A stretch of 64,000 nt of DNA from an uncultured Verrucomicrobiae bacterium (GTDB lineage: Bacteria > Verrucomicrobiota > Verrucomicrobiia > Chthoniobacterales > JAFAMB01): the NCBI GenBank assembly GCA_963762565.1, contig CAVXLD010000001.1, forward strand, positions 512,001-576,000. Direction: 5' to 3'. Every line of letters starts with the position of its first letter. Position 1 is the first letter of the stretch. A model generated the notes under the pieces. The model searched no databases. It had not been told where the DNA came from and saw only the letters and a program-made list of their open reading frames with translations. Position numbers and translations under genes: made by a program. Below, piece after piece: positions 36,559-47,470 of this stretch.

Positions 36559-37431
36559 ATGCCAGAGATTGGACTGATTCAGATGCGCTGTTCGGAGGAT
36601 CCAAGTGAAAACTTGGAGAACGCGATTGCTCTGATCCGAGATGCCGCAGCGCAGGGGGCCCAAATCATTTGCCTGCAAGAACTGTTTAGAACGGTCTACT
36701 TCTGCCAGGAAGAAAACCATAAATATTTTCAATACGCAGAGGCCATCCCGGGCCCAACGACGGAACGGTTGTCAACCTTAGCCAAAGAGTTGCAAGTTGT
36801 TATAGTTGCTTCGCTATTCGAACGGCGAGCCGCCGGTTTATATCATAACACTGCAGCGGTGATCGACGCGGATGGAAGCTTGCTCGGGATCTATCGGAAA
36901 ATGCATATCCCGGACGACCCGCTTTTTTATGAGAAGTTCTATTTTACTCCGGGTGATCTGGGATTCCGTTGCTGGCAAACTAAATACGCCCGTGTCGGTG
37001 TCTTGATCTGTTGGGATCAATGGTACCCAGAGGCAGCACGTTTGACCGCGTTACGCGGTGCTGAGATCATCTTCTATCCTACGGCCATTGGTTGGCATCC
37101 CTCTGAGAAAGCCGAGTTCGGCGAACGTCAACATTCGTCGTGGGAAACCGTCCAACGCGGGCACGCGATTGCAAACGGGTGTTACGTGGCCGTCCCGAAC
37201 CGGGTTGGACACGAGGCTCCGGCCGGCGGTGACGGTTTGGAGTTTTGGGGGCGAAGTTTTATAGCAGACCCGGCCGGGCAGATATTGGCCAGAGCTAACG
37301 GCGAGAAGCCGGAAGTACTCATTGCAAGCATTGACTCAAAAGCGCTGGAAACCCAGCGTGTTCATTGGCCTTTCTTGCGCGACCGCCGAATTGAAGCCTA
37401 CGGCGAACTAACTAAACGATTCATCGACTAA
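36559..37431 (+). CDS. aguB: Nitrilase-superfamily amidase, probable N-carbamoylputrescine amidase
   Basis: QELF (Glu), YRKMHIPDDP (Lys), ICWDQWYPE (Cys); adjacent to agmatine deiminase. Confidence 0.85.
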   Translation: MPEIGLIQMRCSEDPSENLENAIALIRDAAAQGAQIICLQELFRTVYFCQEENHKYFQYAEAIPGPTTERLSTLAKELQVVIVASLFERRAAGLYHNTAAVIDADGSLLGIYRKMHIPDDPLFYEKFYFTPGDLGFRCWQTKYARVGVLICWDQWYPEAARLTALRGAEIIFYPTAIGWHPSEKAEFGERQHSSWETVQRGHAIANGCYVAVPNRVGHEAPAGGDGLEFWGRSFIADPAGQILARANGEKPEVLIASIDSKALETQRVHWPFLRDRRIEAYGELTKRFID

Positions 37432-37524
37432 GCCTGCATTTATAAGCAATACAGGCTATGGCTGAATCATCCCGACTACGCGGGATGATTCAGCTTGCTG
37501 GTATAACTAGGGGAACAATTCGAA

Positions 37525-38574
37525 ATGACTGATTTTACTGCTGATTCACCTGCCGCTCTCGGCTACAAGATGCCGCCTGAATGGGCGCCGCACGAAGCGA
37601 CTTGGCTCTCGTGGCCGCGGCGGGACGGGATTAGTTTTCCTCATGCCTATGAAGAGGTAATTCCCGCTTTCGCGCAGATGATCGACGCTTTGCGCGGCTC
37701 CGAGAAAGTCAGGATCAATGTGATGGACGTGGATCATGAGAACGAGGTCCGATTCTTTCTGAAAGAGATCGATATTTCTCATGTCGAGTTCTTCATTATT
37801 CCCACCAATGAACCTTGGTGTCGGGATCATGGGCCGATCTTTGTCAAACGCGAGACCGATCCACCTCTGGCTGTTATCGACTGGAATTATAATGCCTGGG
37901 GCGGCAAATACCCTCCGTTTGATTTGGATGAGGTTGTTCCAACCAGAGTGGCAGAACAATTTAAGCTGCCGGTTTATTATCCCGGGCTTGTACTGGAAGG
38001 TGGATCCATCGATGTCAACGGAGCCGGAGCAGCTCTCTCCACCAAATCCTGTTTACTGAACCCGAACCGGAATCCGAAGCTCTCCCAAGAACAAATCGAA
38101 CAAGCGCTTCGAGATTATCTCGGCATCTCTGAGGTGTTATGGCTGACGGGCGGTATAGAAGGCGATGACACAGATGGTCATATCGACAACCTGACCCGTT
38201 TCGTGGCGCCAGATGTGGTGGTGACAGTGGTAGAAACGAATCAGGAAGATCCTAACTTTGAGCCGCTGCAGACGAACCTCTCGCTCTTAAAGAAGATGCG
38301 TTTATCCGGCGATTCGAAGCTCAACATTGTGCGGCTACCGATGCCCCCACGAATCCAGCGGGAAGACCGCCGGCTGCCCGCAAGTTATGCCAACTTTTAC
38401 ATTGGTAATAGCGTCGTGTTGGTACCCGCTTTCGACGCACCAACTGACAAGAAGGCAGTTTCTACCCTGAAGAAATGTTTTCCTGATCGAAAAATTGTGC
38501 CGATCGATTGCTGCCAGTTGGTCTGGGGGTTAGGAGCGTTTCATTGCCTGACCCAACAGCAACCGGCCATTTGA
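37525..38574 (+). CDS. aguA: Agmatine deiminase family protein
   Basis: MPPEW, WCRDHGP, EGGSI, DDTDGHID, ASYANF, AFHCLTQQ. Confidence 0.92.
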   Translation: MTDFTADSPAALGYKMPPEWAPHEATWLSWPRRDGISFPHAYEEVIPAFAQMIDALRGSEKVRINVMDVDHENEVRFFLKEIDISHVEFFIIPTNEPWCRDHGPIFVKRETDPPLAVIDWNYNAWGGKYPPFDLDEVVPTRVAEQFKLPVYYPGLVLEGGSIDVNGAGAALSTKSCLLNPNRNPKLSQEQIEQALRDYLGISEVLWLTGGIEGDDTDGHIDNLTRFVAPDVVVTVVETNQEDPNFEPLQTNLSLLKKMRLSGDSKLNIVRLPMPPRIQREDRRLPASYANFYIGNSVVLVPAFDAPTDKKAVSTLKKCFPDRKIVPIDCCQLVWGLGAFHCLTQQQPAI

Positions 38575-38771
38575 CGTATCGGCGTATGGGCGTGTCGGCG
38601 TGTGGGAGAAACGCTGGAGCAGCGACTACGCGCGACGCGAGTGGCCCGGCGGCGTGGTTCGGATGGGACCTATACGACCTATAGGACTTATAGGAGACAG
38701 CAGCGAAATGGGCCGGCTAGATCCGACCATTTTGCTGCCGTAGCCTGCGCCGCGGATCAATGCAGGTGCAT

Positions 38772-39614
38772 TTATCCGCGGCGCAGGCTAAATATTTCGT
38801 CACTGATCGTGCCGGTTCCTACTTTGGTAACCGGTCCAGAGAGGACTATAGAAAAATCGTCTCCAATTCTGATTTTCAGTTCGCCGCCGGGCATTTGTAC
38901 ACGGACATCCGAACCGCAAAGTCCAAGTCGCCGGGCAACGCCGGCCGCAGCGGACGAGCTACTACCGGAAGCCAACGTATAACCGGCACCGCGTTCCCAA
39001 ATCTCGATTTGAATCCTGTCTTTACTCAGCACCTTCACGAACTGAACGTTCGTCCGATTCGGGAACAGGGGGTGCCTCTCTATCTTGGGACCCAGCCGCT
39101 TGGCCAGATCGGGATCAACATCATCTCGCAAAATTACGCAATGGGGATTCCCGACGGTCGCGGCCGAAAATTTAACTCTCTCGCCATCAACCTCCAACGT
39201 TTCTTCAAGTACTTCCCGGCGTTCTCCTAATACCGGAATAACGTCGCTCCAGAAGTTCAACATCCCCATTTCGACCTCAATCTCATCATGAGCATCGCGG
39301 ACGCGACAGCGCACAACTCCCCCCGGAGTTTCCAACAAGAACGGCTCCGACCCGACCGACCCGCGCTCCCACAAGTGCCGGCAAAAGATGCGGATCCCGT
39401 TCCCGCTCTTTTCGGCCTCGGATCCGTCGGGATTAAAGATTCGTAACCCGGCCAATGCCGACTTCGATGGCAAAGGACCAAAGAGAATGCCGTCCGAACC
39501 AATCCCAAAGTTACGATCACAAACGATGCGGATCCGTTCCGGGTTCTGCATCAAGCTCATCTCGTCGATGACAAGGTAGTCGTTACCTAACCCGTGGTAT
39601 TTGCTAAAGCGCAT
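38772..39614 (-). CDS. dapF: Diaminopimelate epimerase homologue with Ser in both catalytic Cys positions
   Basis: KYHGLGNDY, GIGSDG, FNPDGSEAEKSGNG, GNPH, RTNVQF, ERGAGYTLASGS, PGG. Confidence 0.88.
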   Translation of the reverse strand: MRFSKYHGLGNDYLVIDEMSLMQNPERIRIVCDRNFGIGSDGILFGPLPSKSALAGLRIFNPDGSEAEKSGNGIRIFCRHLWERGSVGSEPFLLETPGGVVRCRVRDAHDEIEVEMGMLNFWSDVIPVLGERREVLEETLEVDGERVKFSAATVGNPHCVILRDDVDPDLAKRLGPKIERHPLFPNRTNVQFVKVLSKDRIQIEIWERGAGYTLASGSSSSAAAGVARRLGLCGSDVRVQMPGGELKIRIGDDFSIVLSGPVTKVGTGTISDEIFSLRRG

Positions 39615-39662
39615 AGCCTGCATTTGTCAGAAAAGGCCTGCATTTCTGACAAATGCAGGCTA
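39614..39662. repeat. Perfect 20-bp inverted repeat spanning the lptF stop to the dapF start
   Basis: tagcctgcatttgtcagaaa (39614-39633) vs tttctgacaaatgcaggcta (39643-39662). Confidence 0.95.
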
Positions 39663-40769
39663 GCGCCGGGCTAGGCGGTAGAACAACACCCCGCCCAAGG
39701 TCAGATAGATAACGTTCGGCAACCAGATCAGAAGCTCCGGATGAAGTTTGGCATTACCTTTAAGGTTGTCGGTCAGCACGATGAAAATAAAATAGGTAAA
39801 AGCAACAACGATACTGATACCCATTCCGATCGAGGTCTCGCGTCGATGCGCGCTGATGGCTAGAGGAATCCCTAACAGGACAAATGTGATAACGGCCATC
39901 GAATTTGCAAACCGCTTACTCAGCTCGGTTTGCAGGATCGTAAGCTGTTTCCCTTGCTTCTGTTCCATGGCTTCCCGCAGATGGCTCAGCGTTAGCTCGG
40001 TTGGCCGTTGGTTGCTATGGGCTTTTGCTATCAACTCTTCAAGTGAAATCGGGAAAACGCCTTCCTCTACGCTGATCCCATAATGCATCTTTTTTAGATC
40101 GTTAACATCGGACTCATCCCGGTCTTCATAACGCGCATCAAAGATCCTGAGCAAAATTCGCCGATTCGCTTTATCCACCTCCATGGTCCCCCGCCTGGCA
40201 TAAATGACGCGGACCGGAACCTGCTGCGCGTTCATTTCATAGATATAAAGGTCCTCCAGGGTGTTACCGTTCTTCCGGCCAACATAGATTTTCCGGTTAG
40301 GAAACGCATCAATCACCTCGTCAGAGCCAAACAACGCCAGCGGTTGGGTTGAGGCCAGGTTAAACGCCAATTCTTTGAACTTCTTTTCGCACTCGGGCGC
40401 TACGTAAAGGTTGATCCAAAGACAAAGCGCCAGGCAGCCCAACGTTATCACAAAGACCGGGACACAGATGCGGAGAATACTGATGCCGTGGGCGCGCAGA
40501 GCCAGGAGTTCGTTTTCGGAAGAGAGCCTGCCAAACACGAGCAATACGGCAAGGAGGGCGCCCCAGGGAATCGAATAAATCATCGAGAAGGGAAGCAGAT
40601 CACCAACAAACGAGAAGATATAACTCCAGGGCAATCCATGGGTCATCAGCAGCTCGAGCAGCTGACGCATGGCGTTAGCGACCACTAACATCAGGCTAAG
40701 CATGCATATCGTCCAGGTCAGCGTAGTGAGGATCTGGTTGCTGACGTATCGATCGATTATCTTAACCAC
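39660..40769 (-). CDS. LptF/LptG-family LPS export permease
   Basis: [28 protein letters not shown]...LLGIPL, WLPN; GTG start overlaps the gcvP stop (GTGGTTAA). Confidence 0.88.
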   Translation of the reverse strand: MVKIIDRYVSNQILTTLTWTICMLSLMLVVANAMRQLLELLMTHGLPWSYIFSFVGDLLPFSMIYSIPWGALLAVLLVFGRLSSENELLALRAHGISILRICVPVFVITLGCLALCLWINLYVAPECEKKFKELAFNLASTQPLALFGSDEVIDAFPNRKIYVGRKNGNTLEDLYIYEMNAQQVPVRVIYARRGTMEVDKANRRILLRIFDARYEDRDESDVNDLKKMHYGISVEEGVFPISLEELIAKAHSNQRPTELTLSHLREAMEQKQGKQLTILQTELSKRFANSMAVITFVLLGIPLAISAHRRETSIGMGISIVVAFTYFIFIVLTDNLKGNAKLHPELLIWLPNVIYLTLGGVLFYRLARR

Positions 40770-43626
40770 AGGTGCAGAACAAATTGCGATCGCCGTACAC
40801 GTTGTCAATCCTGCCCACCGGCGGCCAATATTTATAGTCTTTGGTCCAAGGAGCGGGAAACGCGGCTGACTCCCGGCTGTAGCTGCGGCCCCAAGGCTCA
40901 ACCGCTAAGTCCTGGGCTGTGTGGGGCGCTCGCTTCAAAGCATTATCTTCGCGGTCTGCTTCCCCGGTCTCAATAGCCCGAATCTCGCCAAAGATTGAAA
41001 TCATGGCGTCACAGAATCGGTCGAGCTCAGCTTTCGACTCGCTTTCTGTAGGTTCGATCATGAGCGTGCCAGGAACCGGAAATGACATGGTGGGGGCGTG
41101 AAACCCGTAATCCATGAGGCGTTTGGCGACATCTTCTACCTCGATACCCGCAGATTTCTTGAATTGTCGCAGATCAATAATGCACTCGTGAGCCACCCGG
41201 CCAGATTTCCCTTTGTACAGAACCGGATAATACCCCTGGAGGCGCGTGGCAATATAGTTCGCGCTCGCGATAGCCACCTTTGTGGCTTGGGTAAGCCCTG
41301 GGGCACCCATGAGAGCAATGTAAGCCCAAGAAATACAGAGGATGCCAGCGCTCCCAAAGGGTGCGGCGGATACAGGCCCGATCGCATCCGGATTCCGGTC
41401 GTCAGCGAACGGATGGGACGGCAGGTAAGGAGCTAAATGCGCTTTGACTCCGATTGGACCAACGCCGGGGCCACCTCCTCCGTGCGGAATGCAGAACGTC
41501 TTGTGAAGATTGAGGTGGCAAACATCGGCGCCTAGATCCGCCGGCTGGCACAAACCAACTAGGGCGTTCATGTTCGCTCCATCCATGTAGACCTGGCCGC
41601 CGAAACGATGGACAATCTCGCAAAGGTCCACAATACCCTCTTCGAACACGCCATGGGTCGAGGGATACGTCACCATCAGCGCACCGAGCTCCGATTGATG
41701 AAGCTTTGCCTTCTTTTCCAGGTCTGCTAAATCGATGTTCCCGCCACCGTCGCAAGCAACCGGGACAACCTGAAATCCAGCCATCGCAGCCGAAGCGGGA
41801 TTAGTGCCATGCGCTGATGTGGGAATCAGGCATACGTTTCGATTCTTCTCTCCTCGCTTCTCATGATAGCGCCGAATCGTCAGCAAACCGGCATATTCCC
41901 CTTGCGAACCGGCGTTCGGCTGGACGGTGACCGCAGCGAAGCCCGTGATCTTGGCCAACCATTCCTCGAGGCCGCTGATCAGCTGGCGATAACCCGCGGT
42001 TTGTTCCCGCGGCGCGAACGGATGCATCTGACCAAAGCCGGGCCAAGTAACCGGCAACATCTCAACCGCCGCGTTCAGCTTCATGGTGCAGGAGCCGAGA
42101 GGAATCATTGACGTCGTCAGCGACAAATCTTTGTTCTCCAGCCGCTTCAAATAGCGCATCAGCTCGGTCTCAGTGTGGAAGGAGTTGAAGACGGGATGCT
42201 GTAAAAAGGCCGACGATCTTTGGAAAACATCGGGCACAGGCTCAATTTCTGTCTGGCGAAACCTGTCCCAGGAGAGGCGACTTTCGGTGTCGAACAGCTT
42301 CGCCAATTCTTCCAGATCCGCTTCCGACACGGTTTCATCGAGAGAGATGCCGATCCAACCATCCGGATAGAGCCGGAAATTGATTTTTTGCTTGGCTGCT
42401 TCTGCTAAGACTTTTTCGGCGGCTGCTCCCAGACGGATTTTGATGGTATCAAAGCGGACTCCGTCGAGCACCTGGTAGTCGAGAGCTTTTAACCATGAGG
42501 CAAGCAGCTCAGTCTTTCGTCGAATCTCGGCCGCAATCGCCTTCAATCCATCGGGTCCATGATAAATGGCATACGTGGCGGCGATAACCGCCAGCAAAAC
42601 CTGGGCGGTGCAAATGTTGCTGGTCGCCTTGTCGCGCCGGATGTGCTGTTCCCGGGTTTGCAGCGCCAGTCGATAGGCCGGGCGCCCAGCCGAATCTTTG
42701 GAAACGCCGACTAAACGTCCGGGCATGTGCCGTTTGAATGAGTCTCGGGTAGCAAAGAAAGCGGCATGCGGTCCCCCGAAACCAACCGGTACACCGAACC
42801 GTTGGGAAGAACCGACGCAAACATCTGCATCGAATTCGCCGGGAGGGACCAAAAGCGTCAGACTCAAAAGATCGGCGGCCACCACCACTAAACTGCCGGC
42901 GACGTGAGCCGCATCCACAAAAGCTCTGTAATCCTCGACTCGTCCTTCCGTAGTCGGGTATTGGACGAGCACACCGCAAAAGTGTTCCGTCCAATCGATG
43001 TTCTCGGGTGACCCAACCACAATCTCGATCCCTAACGCCTCGGCCCGGGTGCGAACGACTGCGATTGTTTGTGGATGGCAATTATTAGCAACGAAAAATC
43101 GGGAGCGGTCCTCGTGCTTATTGACGGCAAAACAGAGTGCCATCGCCTCTGCAGCTGCAGTGGCCTCATCCAGCAGCGACGCGTTTGCGATCTCCATCCC
43201 GGTGAGATCGACAATCATGGTTTGGAAGTTCAGCAATACCTCCAACCTTCCTTGAGCAATCTCGGCTTGGTAGGGTGTATAGGCTGTGTACCATCCTGGA
43301 TTTTCCAGGACGTTTCGCTGGATCGGGGGCGGAGTCAACGTGGCGTAATAGCCGAGACCAATGTAAGATTTAGCGATCGTATTCAGGTAAGCCAGCGAGC
43401 GGAGCTGCCGTAGCGCCTCCGCCTCGCTCAGGGGGTCTGGAAGACCAAGGTTACCGTTAAATCGAATCTTCTCCGGCACTACAGAATCGATGAGCGCGTC
43501 AAGGGTTTCAAACCCCGTGGCGTTTATCAAGCTTTCTAACTCGTTGCCGGTCACACCGATATGGCGACGGCTGAATGATGGCAGCGTAGTTACCGGTACG
43601 TCGTGAAGGGTTCCCTGTGTTCGCAT
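40762..43626 (-). CDS. gcvP: Glycine dehydrogenase (decarboxylating), single-chain P protein
   Basis: [55 protein letters not shown]; start uncertain (43626 or 43653). Confidence 0.97.
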   Translation of the reverse strand: MRTQGTLHDVPVTTLPSFSRRHIGVTGNELESLINATGFETLDALIDSVVPEKIRFNGNLGLPDPLSEAEALRQLRSLAYLNTIAKSYIGLGYYATLTPPPIQRNVLENPGWYTAYTPYQAEIAQGRLEVLLNFQTMIVDLTGMEIANASLLDEATAAAEAMALCFAVNKHEDRSRFFVANNCHPQTIAVVRTRAEALGIEIVVGSPENIDWTEHFCGVLVQYPTTEGRVEDYRAFVDAAHVAGSLVVVAADLLSLTLLVPPGEFDADVCVGSSQRFGVPVGFGGPHAAFFATRDSFKRHMPGRLVGVSKDSAGRPAYRLALQTREQHIRRDKATSNICTAQVLLAVIAATYAIYHGPDGLKAIAAEIRRKTELLASWLKALDYQVLDGVRFDTIKIRLGAAAEKVLAEAAKQKINFRLYPDGWIGISLDETVSEADLEELAKLFDTESRLSWDRFRQTEIEPVPDVFQRSSAFLQHPVFNSFHTETELMRYLKRLENKDLSLTTSMIPLGSCTMKLNAAVEMLPVTWPGFGQMHPFAPREQTAGYRQLISGLEEWLAKITGFAAVTVQPNAGSQGEYAGLLTIRRYHEKRGEKNRNVCLIPTSAHGTNPASAAMAGFQVVPVACDGGGNIDLADLEKKAKLHQSELGALMVTYPSTHGVFEEGIVDLCEIVHRFGGQVYMDGANMNALVGLCQPADLGADVCHLNLHKTFCIPHGGGGPGVGPIGVKAHLAPYLPSHPFADDRNPDAIGPVSAAPFGSAGILCISWAYIALMGAPGLTQATKVAIASANYIATRLQGYYPVLYKGKSGRVAHECIIDLRQFKKSAGIEVEDVAKRLMDYGFHAPTMSFPVPGTLMIEPTESESKAELDRFCDAMISIFGEIRAIETGEADREDNALKRAPHTAQDLAVEPWGRSYSRESAAFPAPWTKDYKYWPPVGRIDNVYGDRNLFCTCG

Positions 43627-43689
43627 TCGGCGAAAAACAGATATTGCATTCACTTTGGACGTTTCGCAAACCCATCTATGTTTGCGGCC

Positions 43690-44793
43690 ATGGCTCCAAG
43701 TCCATCAGAACTACAACGCACGCCACTGCACGGGGAACATCTGAGGTTACGCGCTAAGTTGATCGGCTTCGGCGGTTGGGAAATGCCAGTTTACTACACT
43801 GGTATTCTGGAAGAGCACCAGGCTGTGCGGCAGCGCGCCGGCATTTTCGACATTTCTCACATGGGGGAAGTCGAAATCTCGGGGCCAAAAGCACCGGGGT
43901 GGCTGAACTCGCTGCTGACAAACAACCTGGATCGCCTCGCGGTGGGGGAGGGCCAGTACACCCTGATGTTGAATGACCGCGGGGGGGTGATCGATGACTT
44001 GATCGTCTACCGTCGATCGGAGACCGGCTATTTTCTGGTGGTCAATGCCGCCAAGATCGCGGAGGACGTTTCCTGGCTCCAGGATCACCAGGTAGAAGGG
44101 GTTTCGGTATCAGACCAGAGCCAGTTGTTTGCTGCGGTGGCGATACAAGGACCAAATGCCGCCAAGGTCTTTCAGACGATCGGCGAACTCCCGGCCCGAA
44201 ACCATATTGGAAAGTTCAAGCTTGGCCGAGCTCCGATGTTGGTGGCGCGTACCGGTTACACCGGTGAGGACGGGTTTGAAGCATTTTTGCCAGCCGAGAC
44301 CGCGGAAGAGGTTTGGCGCGCCTTTCTTGAACTCGGACAGGGTGAGGGCTTAACTCCATGCGGTTTAGGAGCGCGGGATACACTGAGACTGGAAGCTTGT
44401 TATCCGTTGAATGGCTCGGATTTATCCCCGGAGACAACACCTTTGGAAGCAGGCCTGGGATTCTTTGTAGATTTGAAGAAGACCAGGTTCATTGGACAAG
44501 AGACTCTGCTGCAGCAGGCGGAAGCAGGGCTGACCAGACGCTTAGTCGCCGTAAGATTAGCTCCAAAGTCTCCTCCTCCCCGCCCGCACTATTCGATTTC
44601 AGTCGGATCGGAGATTATCGGTGAGCTGACCAGCGGCACTCAATCACCAACTCTCGGCATTGGCATCGGCTTGGGTTATGTAAAGATTCCATTCACTAAA
44701 CCTGGGCAAGCCATCGAGATCGATGTGCGAGGCCGCAAATTTCCCGCGACTGTCGAAAAAAAACCGCTATACAAGAGAAATGTCACTGCCTGA
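43690..44793 (+). CDS. gcvT: Glycine cleavage system aminomethyltransferase
   Basis: [42 protein letters not shown]. Confidence 0.96.
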   Translation: MAPSPSELQRTPLHGEHLRLRAKLIGFGGWEMPVYYTGILEEHQAVRQRAGIFDISHMGEVEISGPKAPGWLNSLLTNNLDRLAVGEGQYTLMLNDRGGVIDDLIVYRRSETGYFLVVNAAKIAEDVSWLQDHQVEGVSVSDQSQLFAAVAIQGPNAAKVFQTIGELPARNHIGKFKLGRAPMLVARTGYTGEDGFEAFLPAETAEEVWRAFLELGQGEGLTPCGLGARDTLRLEACYPLNGSDLSPETTPLEAGLGFFVDLKKTRFIGQETLLQQAEAGLTRRLVAVRLAPKSPPPRPHYSISVGSEIIGELTSGTQSPTLGIGIGLGYVKIPFTKPGQAIEIDVRGRKFPATVEKKPLYKRNVTA

Positions 44794-45163
44794 GGACCTA
44801 AAATACGCCGAGACCCATGAATGGCTTCGGATCGACGGAACAATTGGTACCGTCGGGATTACAGATCATGCTCAAGCTGAGCTGTCAGACATTGTTTTCG
44901 TCGAATTACCTAAGGTCGGCGACAAAGTGACCGCTAAGGAAAAAGCTGCCGTCGTTGAATCCGTTAAGGCCGCAAGCGATATTTATTCACCCGTTTCTGG
45001 CGAAGTTACCGAAGTTAACGGCCAACTGGAGAGTAATCCGGCGATCGTCAATAACGAGCCTTATGGCGAAGGCTGGCTTTTCAAGGTCCGACTGGAAGGC
45101 GGAGCGGACCTTTCTGAGCTAAAGGATGCAGCGGCTTATGGTGCACAGATCGGGGCCGGCTAA
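44780..45163 (+). CDS. gcvH: Glycine cleavage system H protein
   Basis: [19 protein letters not shown] (lipoyl-Lys), PYGEGW. Confidence 0.96.
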   Translation: MSLPEDLKYAETHEWLRIDGTIGTVGITDHAQAELSDIVFVELPKVGDKVTAKEKAAVVESVKAASDIYSPVSGEVTEVNGQLESNPAIVNNEPYGEGWLFKVRLEGGADLSELKDAAAYGAQIGAG

Positions 45164-45301
45164 AGAAATGACAGATGACAAATTGCAGATGACAGATGAC
45201 AGATTGTCGCGCTGCAAATTCGTGAGACTGTTGGCGTCTTCACAGATCGGAGACGATCGCATTTGTCATTCTGTCATTTGTCATCTGTCATTTTGATTTT
45301 A
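45161..45301. repeat. Inverted ATGACAG heptamer arrays spanning the gcvH stop to the next start
   Basis: taaagaaatgacagatgacaaat vs atttgtcatctgtcattttgatttta(tg). Confidence 0.85.
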
Positions 45302-46122
45302 TGTCTTGGCTGAATTGGTTGGAGAACCGGGTCGGTTTTCTCGCGATCCCACGTCTAATCCCGGCGATCGCGCTCTTGAATCTTTTCGTTTATATCCTTT
45401 TCCAACTCAATCGCGAGTACGTCCTCTATCTGACCCTGGACCCTGCGCTGGTTTTACAGGGACAAATATGGCGACTGGTTTCTTATATCTTTATTCCAGC
45501 AGTTTTTTTAGGCGGGGGCTCACCTCTAGGGCCTATTTTTCTTCTGCTGTACGTCTGGTTCATGATCTGGATAGGGAACTCGCTTGAACATGCATGGGGA
45601 GCATTTCGCCTAACCCTGTACTACTTCCTGGGGATGGTGGGTGTAACCGTCGCCGCCTTTGTAGCCTTTCTATTCACAGGGCAACTCGAAGGAAACTACT
45701 TCCCTGTTTTTATAAACACCTCGTTGTTCTTCGCGTTCGCGACACTTTTTCCAAACGTTCAGGTTTATCTGCTGCTCTTCATTCCCATTAAGGTGAAATG
45801 GATGGCTTTGTTCAGTCTGGTTCCGATTCTTCTAATCTTTATAGGGTCGGACGCTGCAACCAGAGTAGCCATGATCATTTCACTGCTGAATTACGTTCTT
45901 TTCTTTGCACCCGTCGCGGTCTCGAATGCTCGTCACAATCGCGACGTTCAGAAACGTCGATTAAAGTTTGCGGCTGGTTCCTTGCCGGCTGACGAGCCGC
46001 TCCACCGCTGCGCCGTCTGTAAACGAACCGAACGCGACGACCCCGAACTAGAGTTTCGCGTCGCCCGAGACGGCGAAGAATATTGCGTCGAGCACTTGCC
46101 GAAGCCCGTCGCGAAGAGTTGA
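45301..46122 (+). CDS. Rhomboid/Derlin-like membrane protein with C-terminal Cys/His cluster
   Basis: GQIWRLVSYIF, GNSLEHAWG, IPIKVKW; HRCAVC...YCVEH. Confidence 0.65.
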   Translation: MSWLNWLENRVGFLAIPRLIPAIALLNLFVYILFQLNREYVLYLTLDPALVLQGQIWRLVSYIFIPAVFLGGGSPLGPIFLLLYVWFMIWIGNSLEHAWGAFRLTLYYFLGMVGVTVAAFVAFLFTGQLEGNYFPVFINTSLFFAFATLFPNVQVYLLLFIPIKVKWMALFSLVPILLIFIGSDAATRVAMIISLLNYVLFFAPVAVSNARHNRDVQKRRLKFAAGSLPADEPLHRCAVCKRTERDDPELEFRVARDGEEYCVEHLPKPVAKS

Positions 46123-46329
46123 GGCGTTTGGCGTTCGGCGTTTGGCGTTTGGCGTTCGGCGGTTGCGGTTAGGGAGGGCACGCGTCCTCGCGCGCCGTGA
46201 GGACGTGCCATCACCTTAAAGGTGTATTCTTGTTCCGCGATTACAGCATGTCCTCGACTTCGATAACAACGGATCGCGAGGACGCGATCCCTCCCGGACC
46301 ACCGCCAAACGCCGGACGCCAAACGCTTA
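46120..46329. repeat. Inverted GGCGTTY heptamer arrays enclosing a family A REP doublet, stop-to-stop
   Basis: tgaggcgtttggcgt vs acgccaaacgctta; inner gggagggcacgcgtcctcgcg vs cgcgaggacgcgatccctccc. Confidence 0.88.
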
Positions 46330-47361
46330 ACGGAAAAACGCTTGGAATTCTCTGAGCTTGGCCAATGCTTGACCGGAGTCGACCAATTGGGCGGCCAATT
46401 GTAAACCTTTCTCCATTCGAGGGGCCAAACCTGCGATCACCAAGCCGGCCGCGGCATTGATCAAGACAAAGTCCCGCTTTGCCCCTCGCTCCGTGCCGGA
46501 AAGAATTGCACTCAGGCTCTTAGCGTTCTGTTCGGCATCGCCGCCTCTCAATTCATGCAACGTCGGCGTTCGTATTCCAAGTTGATCAGGAAACAAATGA
46601 AAATAGTTGAACGATGAGTCTTTGACCTCGTGAACCGCCGTTTCACCCATCGTCGAGATCTCGTCCATGCCGGAGCCACTTTGCACCTGTCCATGGACCA
46701 CCCACGCTCGTTTCCGTCCTAATCTGGCTAATGCCAACGCATATTTCTCAAGGATCGTGGGAGAGAAAACTCCGATCAGCTGGTATTGCGGTCGCAACGG
46801 GTTCAACAGTGGCCCCAGCAGATTGAAAACTGTGGCTATTCCTTGCTCAGCCAGTTTCTTCCGAGCATTTGCTACGGATGCGAACGCCGGATGATAGAGC
46901 GGTGCAAAAAGAAATCCGATCCCGGTTTGCTCAATTGCAGCAATCATCTTCTCCGGCGAACTGGTTACTGGGATCCCAAGCTTCTCCAAAGCGTCGGCTC
47001 CGCCGGAGCGTGACGTAATGGCTCGATTCCCATGTTTCACCACCACCGCACCGCCTGCCGCAACGATAAACGTCGCAGTAGTTGAAACATTGATCAGTTC
47101 CAACCGATCACCGCCGGTGCCGCAAAGATCGATGCTCGGTTTCCCACCTAGATCCGCTTCCGGCCTCAACGCTAAGCTCAGAAAAGCTTCGGCGAAATAG
47201 CCTACTTCTTCACCGCTTTCCCCTTTGTCTCTGAGCGCGGCGAGAAACTCAATCTTCTCTCCATCGGGAAACTCGCGATTAGCCAGAAAATTGGCCGCAG
47301 TCCGAACCTCACTTGGCGTGAGATCGACGCCCGCCCGCAATTGTTCGATGAGTTCCTTCAA
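46327..47361 (-). CDS. trpD: Anthranilate phosphoribosyltransferase
   Basis: DLCGTGGD, INVST, KHGNRAITSRSGGAD, FNLLGPLLNP, GMDEIS. Confidence 0.95.
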   Translation of the reverse strand: MKELIEQLRAGVDLTPSEVRTAANFLANREFPDGEKIEFLAALRDKGESGEEVGYFAEAFLSLALRPEADLGGKPSIDLCGTGGDRLELINVSTTATFIVAAGGAVVVKHGNRAITSRSGGADALEKLGIPVTSSPEKMIAAIEQTGIGFLFAPLYHPAFASVANARKKLAEQGIATVFNLLGPLLNPLRPQYQLIGVFSPTILEKYALALARLGRKRAWVVHGQVQSGSGMDEISTMGETAVHEVKDSSFNYFHLFPDQLGIRTPTLHELRGGDAEQNAKSLSAILSGTERGAKRDFVLINAAAGLVIAGLAPRMEKGLQLAAQLVDSGQALAKLREFQAFFR

Positions 47362-47470
47362 GTTCAGTTAACCGGAAACGGTTCTTCTCTGCCCGTGCAG
47401 GCTGCTTTGCTACCTTCTTTTGAAAGGGTGGTTTTACCCAAGCTCATCCGCGAGCATACTAGGAGAAAGC

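Noticed and set aside
40770..40901. 140-nt overlap between gcvP and the lptF-like ORF
   Set aside because: Likely true start is GTG 40769 before KIIDRY, leaving an ordinary 8-nt overlap
43627..43689. Glycine riboswitch upstream of the gcv genes
   Set aside because: Gap is too short and no aptamer motifs are visible
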